This document shows, piece by piece, positions 54,601 to 64,000 of a DNA stretch of 64,000 nucleotides (position 1 is the first letter of the stretch; each line of letters begins with the position of its first letter). The position numbers and the translations under genes were made by a program. The stretch spans positions 25,606,001-25,670,000 of the forward strand of contig OZ059900.1 of assembly GCA_964057225.1 (NCBI GenBank). The letters are read 5' to 3'. The notes under the pieces are model-generated. The model did not search any database. It had not been told where the DNA came from and worked only from the letters and a program-made list of their open reading frames with translations. This stretch comes from Auanema rhodensis. Lineage: Eukaryota > Animalia > Nematoda.

Positions 54601-57600
54601 AATTTTCTAACCCCTGTTTTTTTGTCGTGAAAGTGGAACTAGACGTTGTACGAACAATTTTGAGCTAGGTTTCATTGACATTGCATGAGTTTGAACACAT
54701 GAAATCGTAAGTCAAAACCTTGTTTACAGCGAAATTTCCAAAAACTGGTTTTCCAGCATAATAAAATATTTCTCATGGGAAATACTGTGTTTTTGTATTT
54801 TTCTAGTGTTCAGCATGTAAAATGCTTCATTTTAGTATGTAACACGCTGAAATTCGTTGCATTTGACGACTCATATGAACAAAAATCGATTTAATCAATA
54901 TTAGCCATAAGGGGCGTGCCCTCAGAATATGCTAATTTCCTTAATTTTCTAACCCCTGTTTTTTCGTCGTGAAAGTGGAACTAGACGTTGTACGAACAAT
55001 TTTGAGCTAGGTTTCATTGACATTGCATGAGTTTGAACACATGAAATCGTAAGTCAAAACCTTGTTTACAGCGAAATTTCCAAAAACTGGTTTTCCAGCA
55101 TAATAAAATATTTCTCATGGGAAATACTGTGTTTTTGTATTTTTCTAGTGTTCAGCATGTAGAATGCTTCATTTTGATATGTAAAACGCTGAAATTCGTT
55201 GCATTTGACGACTCATATGAACAAAAATCGATTTAATCAATATTAGCCATAAGGGGCGTGCCCTCAGAATATGCTAATTTCCTTAATTTTCTAACCCCTG
55301 TTTTTTTGTCGTGAAAGTGGAACTAGACGTTGTACGAACAATTTTGAGCTAGGATTCATTAACATTGCATGAGTTTGAACACATGAAATCGTAAGTCAAA
55401 ACCTTGTTTACAGCGAAATTTCCAAAAACTGGTTTTCCAGCATAATACAATATTTCTCATGGGAAAAACTGTGTTTTTGTATTTTTCTAGTGTTCAGCAT
55501 GTAAAATGCTTTATTTTAATATGTAACACGCTGAAATTCGTTGCATTTGACGACTCATATGAACAAAAATCGATTTTATCAATATTAGCCATAAGGGGTG
55601 TGCCCTCAGAATATGCTGATTTCCTTAATTTTCTAACCCCTGTTTTTTTGTCGTGAAAGTGGAACTAGACGTTGTACGAACAATTTTGAGCTAGGTTTCA
55701 TTGACATTGCATGAGTTTGAACACATGAAATCGTAAGTCAAAACCTTGTTTACAGCGAAATTTCCAAAAACTGGTTTTCCAGCATAATACAATATTTCTC
55801 ATGGGAAATACTGTGTTTTTGTATTTTTCTAGTGTTCAGAATGTAGAATGCTTCATTTTAGTATGTAACACGCTGAAATTCGTTGCATTTGACGACTCAT
55901 ATGAACAAAAATCGATTTAATCAATATTAGCCATAAGGGGCGTGCCCTCAGAATATGCTAATTTCCTTAATTTTCTAACCCCTGTTTTTTTGTCGTGAAA
56001 GTGGAACTAGACGTTGTACGAACAATTTTGAGCTAGGTTTCATTGACATTGCATGAGTTTGAACACATGAAATCGTAAGTCAAAACCTTGTTTACAGCGA
56101 AATTTCCAAAAACTGGTTTTCCAGCATAATACAATATTTCTCATGGGAAATACTGTGTTTTTGTATTTTTCTAGTGTTCAGCATGTAAAATGCTTCATTT
56201 TAGTATGTAACACGCTGTAATTCGTTGCATTTGACGACTCATATGAACAAAAATCGATTTAATCAATATTAGCCATAAGGGGCGTGCCCTCAGAATATGC
56301 TAATTTCCTTAATTTTCTAACCCCTGTTTTTTTGTCGTGAAAGTGGAACTAGACGTTGTACGAACAATTTTGAGCTAGGTTTCATTGACATTGCATGAGT
56401 TTGAACACATGAAATCGTAAGTCAAAACCTTGTTTACAGCGAAATTTCCAAAAACTGGTTTTCCAGCATAATACAATATTTCTCATGGGAAATACTGTGT
56501 TTTTGTATTTTTCTAGTGTTCAGCATGTAAAATGCTTCATTTTAGTATGTAACACGCTGTAATTCGTTGCATTTGACGACTCATATGAACAAAAATCGAT
56601 TTAATCAATATTAGCCATAAGGGGCGTGCCCTCAGAATATGCTAATTTCCTTAATTTTCTAACCCCTGTTTTTTTGTCGTGAAAGTGGAACTAGACGTTG
56701 TACGAACAATTTTGAGCTAGGTTTCATTGACATTGCATGAGTTTGAACACATGAAATCGTAAGTCAAAACCTTGTTTACAGCGAAATTTCCAAAAACTGG
56801 TTTTCCAGCATAATAAAATATTTCTCATGGGAAATACTGTGTTTTTGTATTTTTCTAGTGTTCAGCATGTAAAATGCTTCATTTTAGTATGTAACACGCT
56901 GAAATTCGTTGCATTTGACGACTCATATGAACAAAAATCGATTTAATCAATATTAGCCATAAGGGGCGTGCCCTCAGAATATGCTAATTTCCTTAATTTT
57001 CTAACCCCTGTTTTTTTGTCGTGAAAGTGGAACTAGACGTTGTACGAACAATTTTGAGCTAGGTTTCATTGACATTGCATCAGTTTGAACACATGAAATC
57101 GTAAGTCAAAACCTTGTTTACAGCGAAATTTCCAAAAACTGGTTTTCCAGCATAATACAATATTTCTCATGGGAAATACTGTGTTTTTGTATTTTTCTAG
57201 TGTTCAGCATGTAAAATGCTTCATTTTAGTATGTAACACGCTGTAATTCGTTGCATTTGACGACTCATATGAACAAAAATCGATTTAATCAATATTAGCC
57301 ATAAGGGGCGTGCCCTCAGAATATGCTAATTTCCTTAATTTTCTAACCCCTGTTTTTTTGTCGTGAAAGTGGAACTAGACGTTGTACGAACAATTTTGAG
57401 CTAGGTTTCATTGACATTGCATGAGTTTGAACACATGAAATCGTAAGTCAAAACCTTGTTTACAGCGAAATTTCCAAAAACTGGTTTTCCAGCATAATAA
57501 AATATTTCTCATGGGAAATACTGTGTTTTTGTATTTTTCTAGTGTTCAGCATGTAAAATGCTTCATTTTAGTATGTAACACGCTGAAATTCGTTGCATTT

Positions 57601-60600
57601 GACGACTCATATGAACAAAAATCGATTTAATCAATATTAGCCATAAGGGGCGTGCCCTCAGAATATGCTAATTTCCTTAATTTTCTAACCCCTGTTTTTT
57701 CGTCGTGAAAGTGGAACTAGACGTTGTACGAACAATTTTGAGCTAGGTTTCATTGACATTGCATGAGTTTGAACACATGAAATCGTAAGTCAAAACCTTG
57801 TTTACAGCGAAATTTCCAAAAACTGGTTTTCCAGCATAATAAAATATTTCTCATGGGAAATACTGTGTTTTTGTATTTTTCTAGTGTTCAGCATGTAGAA
57901 TGCTTCATTTTGATATGTAAAACGCTGAAATTCGTTGCATTTGACGACTCATATGAACAAAAATCGATTTAATCAATATTAGCCATAAGGGGCGTGCCCT
58001 CAGAATATGCTAATTTCCTTAATTTTCTAACCCCTGTTTTTTTGTCGTGAAAGTGGAACTAGACGTTGTACGAACAATTTTGAGCTAGGTTTCATTAACA
58101 TTGCATGAGTTTGAACACATGAAATCGTAAGTCAAAACCTTGTTTACAGCGAAATTTCCAAAAACTGGTTTTCCAGCATAATAAAATATTTCTCATGGGA
58201 AAAACTGTGTTTTTGTATTTTTCTAGTGTTCAGCATGTAAAATGCTTCATTTTAGTATGTAACACACTGAAATTTGTTGCATTTGACGACTCATATGAAC
58301 AAAAATTGATTTAATCAATATTAGTCATAAGGGGCGTGCCCTCAGAATATGCTAATTTCCTTAATTTTCTAACCCCTGTTTTTTTGTCGTGAAAGTGGAA
58401 CTAGACGTTGTACGAACAATTTTGAGCTAGGTTTCATTGACATTGCATGAGTTTGAACACATGAAATCGTAAGTCAAAACCTTGTTTACAGCGAAATTTC
58501 CAAAAACTGGTTTTCCAGCATAATACAATATTTCTCATGGGAAATACTGTGTTTTTGTATTTTTCTAGTGTTCAGAATGTAGAATGCTTCATTTTAGTAT
58601 GTAACACGCTGAAATTCGTTGCATTTGACGACTCATATGAACAAAAATCGATTTAATCAATATTAGCCATAAGGGGCGTGCCCTCAGAATATGCTAATTT
58701 CCTTAATTTTCTAACCCCTGTTTTTTTGTCGTGAAAGTGGAACTAGACGTTGTACAAACAATTTTGAGCTAGGTTTCATTGACATTGCATGAGTTTGAAC
58801 ACATGAAATCGTAAGTCAAAACCTTGTTTACAGCGAAATTTCCAAAAACTGGTTTTCCAGCATAATACAATATTTCTCATGGGAAATACTGTGTTTTTGT
58901 ATTTTTCTAGTGTTCAGCATGTAAAATGCTTCATTTTAGTATGTAACACGCTGTAATTCGTTGCATTTGACGACTCATATGAACAAAAATCGATTTAATC
59001 AATATTAGCCATAAGGGGCGTGCCCTCAGAATATGCTAATTTCCTTAATTTTCTAACCCCTGTTTTTTTGTCGTGAAAGTGGAACTAGACGTTGTACGAA
59101 CAATTTTGAGCTAGGTTTCATTGACATTGCATGAGTTTGAACACATGAAATCGTAAGTCAAAACCTTGTTTACAGCGAAATTTCCAAAAACTGGTTTTCC
59201 AGCATAATAAAATATTTCTCATGGGAAATACTGTGTTTTTGTATTTTTCTAGTGTTCAGCATGTAAAATGCTTCATTTTAGTATGTAACACGCTGAAATT
59301 CGTTGCATTTGACGACTCATATGAACAAAAATCGATTTAATCAATATTAGCCATAAGGGGCGTGCCCTCAGAATATGCTAATTTCCTTAATTTTCTAACC
59401 CCTGTTTTTTTGTCGTGAAAGTGGAACTAGACGTTGTACGAACAATTTTGAGCTAGGTTTCATTGACATTGCATCAGTTTGAACACATGAAATCGTAAGT
59501 CAAAACCTTGTTTACAGCGAAATTTCCAAAAACTGGTTTTCCAGCATAATAAAATATTTCTCATGGGAAATACTGTGTTTTTGTATTTTTCTAGTGTTCA
59601 GCATGTAAAATGCTTCATTTTAGTATGTAACACGCTGAAATTCGTTGCATTTGACGACTCATATGAACAAAAATCGATTTAATCAATATTAGCCATAAGG
59701 GGCGTGCCCTCAGAATATGCTAATTTCCTTAATTTTCTAACCCCTGTTTTTTTGTCGTGAAAGTGGAACGAGACGTTGTACGAACAATTTTGAGCTAGGT
59801 TTCATTGACATTGCATGAGTTTGAACACATGAAATCGTAAGTCAAAACCTTGTTTACAGCGAAATTTCCAAAAACTGGTTTTCCAGCATAATAAAATATT
59901 TCTCATGGGAAATACTGTGTTTTTGTATTTTTCTAGTGTTCAGCATGTAAAATGCTTCATTTTAGTATGTAACACGCTGAAATTCGTTGCATTTGACGAC
60001 TCATATGAACAAAAATCGATTTAATCAATATTAGCCATAAGGGGCGTGCCCTCAGAATATGCTAATTTCCTTAATTTTCTAACCCCTGTTTTTTCGTCGT
60101 GAAAGTGGAACTAGACGTTGTACGAACAATTTTGAGCTAGGTTTCATTGACATTGCATGAGTTTGAACACATGAAATCGTAAGTCAAAACCTTGTTTACA
60201 GCGAAATTTCCAAAAACTGGTTTTCCAGCATAATAAAATATTTCTCATGGGAAATACTGTGTTTTTGTATTTTTCTAGTGTTCAGCATGTAGAATGCTTC
60301 ATTTTGATATGTAAAACGCTGAAATTCGTTGCATTTGACGACTCATATGAACAAAAATCGATTTAATCAATATTAGCCATAAGGGGCGTGCCCTCAGAAT
60401 ATGCTAATTTCCTTAATTTTCTAACCCCTGTTTTTTTGTCGTGAAAGTGGAACTAGACGTTGTACGAACAATTTTGAGCTAGGTTTCATTAACATTGCAT
60501 GAGTTTGAACACATGAAATCGTAAGTCAAAACCTTGTTTACAGCGAAATTTCCAAAAACTGGTTTTCCAGCATAATAAAATATTTCTCATGGGAAAAACT

Positions 60601-60875
60601 GTGTTTTTGTATTTTTCTAGTGTTCAGCATGTAAAATGCTTCATTTTAGTATGTAACACACTGAAATTTGTTGCATTTGACGACTCATATGAACAAAAAT
60701 TGATTTAATCAATATTAGTCATAAGGGGCGTGCCCTCAGAATATGCTAATTTCCTTAATTTTCTAACCCCTGTTTTTTTGTCGTGAAAGTGGAACGAGAC
60801 GTTGTACGAACAATTTTGAGCTAGGTTTCATTGACATTGCATGAGTTTGAACACATGAAATCGTAAGTCAAAACC
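50274..60875 (+). repeat. 7/8-monomer higher-order repeat, about 4 progressively diverging copies
   Basis: T246C marker (TTTTTTCGTCG) at 52571, 54965, 57701, 60095 (spacings 2394, 2736, 2394 = 7, 8, 7 monomers). Core G-H-H-C-H-A(C246) occurs three times. Confidence 0.85.
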
Positions 60876-63800
60876 TTGTTTACAGCGAAATTTCCAAAAA
60901 CTGGTTTTCCAGCATAATAAAATATTTCTCATGGGAAATACTGTGTTTTTGTATTTTTCTAGTGTTCAGCATGTAAAATGCTTCATTTTAGTATGTAACA
61001 CGCTGAAATTCGTTGCATTTGACGACTCATATGAACAAAAATCGATTTAATCAATATTAGCCATAAGGGGCGTGCCCTCAGAATATGCTAATTTCCTTAA
61101 TTTTCTAACCCCTGTTTTTTTGTCGTGAAAGTGGAACTAGACGTTGTACGAACAATTTTGAGCTAGGTTTCATTGACATTGCATGAGTTTGAACACATGA
61201 AATCGTAAGTCAAAACCTTGTTTACAGCGAAATTTCCAAAAACTGGTTTTCCAGCATAATAAAATATTTCTCATGGGAAATACTGTGTTTTTGTATTTTT
61301 CTAGTGTTCAGCATGTAAAATGCTTCATTTTAGTATGTAACACGCTGAAATTCGTTGCATTTGACGACTCATATGAACAAAAATCGATTTAATCAATATT
61401 AGCCATAAGGGGCGTGCCCTCAGAATATGCTAATTTCCTTAATTTTCTAACCCCTGTTTTTTTGTCGTGAAAGTGGAACTAGACGTTGTACGAACAATTT
61501 TGAGCTAGGTTTCATTGACATTGCATGAGTTTGAACACATGAAATCGTAAGTCAAAACCTTGTTTACAGCGAAATTTCCAAAAACTGGTTTTCCAGCATA
61601 ATAAAATATTTCTCATGGGAAATACTGTGTTTTTGTATTTTTCTAGTGTTCAGCATGTAAAATGCTTCATTTTAGTATGTAACACGCTGAAATTCGTTGC
61701 ATTTGACGACTCATATGAACAAAAATCGATTTAATCAATATTAGCCATAAGGGGCGTGCCCTCAGAATAGGCTAATTTCCTTAATTTTCTAACCCCTGTT
61801 TTTTTGTCGTGAAAGTGGAACTAGACGTTGTACGAACAATTTTGAGCTAGGTTTCATTGACATTGCATGAGTTTGAACACATGAAATCGTAAGTCAAAAC
61901 CTTGTTTACAGCGAAATTTCCAAAAACTGGTTTTCCAGCATAATAAAATATTTCTCATGGGAAAAACTGTGTTTTTGTATTTTTCTAGTGTTCAGCATGT
62001 AAAATGCTTCATTTTAGTATGTAACACACTGAAATTTGTTGCATTTGACGACTCATATGAACAAAAATTGATTTAATCAATATTAGTCATAAGGGGCGTG
62101 CCCTCAGAATATGCTAATTTCCTTAATTTTCTAACCCCTGTTTTTTTGTCGTGAAAGTGGAACTAGACGTTGTACGAACAATTTTGAGCTAGGTTTCATT
62201 GACATTGCATGAGTTTGAACACATGAAATCGTAAGTCAAAACCTTGTTTACAGCGAAATTTCCAAAAACTGGTTTTCCAGCATAATAAAATATTTCTCAT
62301 GGGAAATACTGTGTTTTTGTATTTTTCTAGTGTTCAGCATGTAAAATGCTTCATTTTAGTATGTAACACGCTGAAATTCGTTGCATTTGACGACTCATAT
62401 GAACAAAAATCGATTTAATCAATATTAGCCATAAGGGGCGTGCCCTCAGAATATGCTAATTTCCTTAATTTTCTAACTCCTGTTTTTTTGTCGTGAAAGT
62501 GGAACTAGACGTTGTACGAACAATTTTGAGCTAGGTTTCATTGACATTGCATGAGTTTGAACACATGAAATCGTAAGTCAAAACCTTGTTTACAGCGAAA
62601 TTTCCAAAAACTGGTTTTCCAGCATAATAAAATATTTCTCATGGGAAATACTGTGTTTTTGTATTTTTCTAGTGTTCAGCATGTAAAATGCTTCATTTTA
62701 GTATGTAACACGCTGAAATTCGTTGCATTTGACGACTCATATGAACAAAAATCGATTTAATCAATATTAGCCATAAGGGGCGTGCCCTCAGAATATGCTA
62801 ATTTCCTTAATTTTCTAACCCCTGTTTTTTTGTCGTGAAAGTGGAACTAGACGTTGTACGAACAATTTTGAGCTAGGTTTCATTGACATTGCATGAGTTT
62901 GAACACATGAAATCGTAAGTCAAAACCTTGTTTACAGCGAAATTTCCAAAAACTGGTTTTCCAGCATAATAAAATATTTCTCATGGGAAATACTGTGTTT
63001 TTGTATTTTTTTAGTGTTCAGCATGTAAAATGCGTCATTTTAGTATGTAAAACGCTGAAATTCGTTGCATTTGACGACTCATATGAACAAAAATCGATTT
63101 TATCAATATTAGCCATAAGGGGCGTGCCCTCAGAATATGCTAATTTCCTTAATTTTCTAACCCCTGTTTTTTTGTCGTGAAAGTGGAACTAGACGTTGTA
63201 CGAACAATTTTGAGCTAGGTTTCATTGACATTGCATGAGTTTGAACACATGAAATCGTAAGTCAAAACCTTGTTTACAGCGAAATTTCCAAAAACTGGTT
63301 TTCCAGCATAATAAAATATTTCTCATGGGAAATACTGTGTTTTTGTATTTTTTTAGTGTTCAGCATGTAAAATGCGTCATTTTAGTATGTAAAACGCTGA
63401 AATTCGTTGCATTTGACGACTCATATGAACAAAAATCGATTTTATCAATATTAGCCATAAGGGGCGTGCCCTCAGAATATGCTAATTTCCTTAATTTTCT
63501 AACCCCTGTTTTTTTGTCGTGAAAGTGGAACTAGACGTTGTACGAACAATTTTGAGCTAGGTTTCATTGACATTGCATGAGTTTGAACACATGAAATCGT
63601 AAGTCAAAACCTTGTTTACAGCGAAATTTCCAAAAACAGGTTTTCCAGCATAATACAATATTTCTCATGGGAAATACTGTGTTTTTGTATTTTTCTAGTG
63701 TTCAGAATGTAGAATGCTTCATTTTAGTATGTAACACGCTGAAATTCGTTGCATTTGACGACTCATATGAACAAAAATCGATTTAATCAATATTAGCCAT

Positions 63801-64000
63801 AAGGAGCGTGCCCTCAGAATATGCTAATTTCCTTAATTTTCTAACCCCTGTTTTTTTGTCGTGAAAGTGGAACTAGACGTTGTACGAACAATTTTGAGCT
63901 AGGTTTCATTGACATTGCATGAGTTTGAACACATGAAATCGTAAGTCAAAACCTTGTTTACAGCGAAATTTCCAAAAACTGGTTTTCCAGCATAATAAAA

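Larger units (their letters stand above)
1..64000. repeat. Satellite DNA tandem array, 342-bp monomer, about 187.1 copies, head-to-tail, running off both window edges
   Basis: TTGTTTACAGCGAAATTTCC recurs at 1, 343, 685, 1027 and so on, every 342 bp, with a -1 shift after ~26673. ORF starts confirm the period (56, 398, 4160=56+12x342, 30835=56+90x342-1, 63325=56+185x342-1). No inversion or non-repeat insertion seen. Confidence 0.99.

Noticed and set aside
56-63522. 23 short ORFs (61-93 aa) as a multicopy gene family
   Set aside because: All are the same frame of the satellite. About 165 of 187 monomers have a stop at p173-175, starts vary (ATG/GTG/TTG), many variants are non-synonymous, and I recognise no domain.
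1-64000. CRISPR-like array or diversifying cassette system (conserved plus variable blocks)
   Set aside because: No unique spacers; variable segments differ by a few inherited SNPs; no cas, recombinase or reverse transcriptase ORF.
1-64000. Transposon insertion, inversion or telomeric repeats in the array
   Set aside because: The 342-bp register and orientation hold throughout apart from one 1-bp deletion, leaving no room for foreign sequence.
1-64000. Pure sequencing or concatemer artefact
   Set aside because: Variants recur as linked haplotypes in ordered blocks and homopolymer indels are absent, unlike random read error; exact local copy numbers still need read support.

Overview
The whole 64-kb window is one uninterrupted head-to-tail tandem array of an AT-rich (about 34% GC) 342-bp monomer: 187 complete copies plus a 47-bp partial copy, all in the same orientation. 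It looks like eukaryotic satellite DNA, plausibly centromeric or pericentromeric; I cannot assign the organism. I see no gene, RNA gene, transposon, CRISPR array or unique sequence. The 23 listed ORFs are by-products of the repeat, 22 of them opened by one SNP (TAA/TTA at monomer position 174). The structure lies in the variants. Monomers differ from consensus by about 0-10 substitutions and fall into about a dozen recurrent haplotypes. These form local, young higher-order repeats (4-mer, 7/8-mer, 14/15-mer), dispersed block duplications and chimeric monomers. Only one 1-bp indel occurs in 64 kb. The monomer has roughly 10-bp phased A/T tracts, a dyad in its most variable segment and weak traces of an ancient ~170-bp dimer. 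I found no support for a novel protein-coding system. Notation: Mn = nth monomer (starts at 342(n-1)+1 for n<=78, 342(n-1) afterwards); pN = position in monomer. Haplotypes were typed by eye: A consensus; B A57/A64/A76/G100/A109/T136; C C310; D A57/A64/A76/C192/T249; E A64/TC84-85; F T84/G107/A124; G C45/A95/G101; H C45/T131; I A94; J A117/T249; K G107/A124/T174/T196/G215; L A64/A127/T136/T168; N G101/GA115-116/A124/A300.
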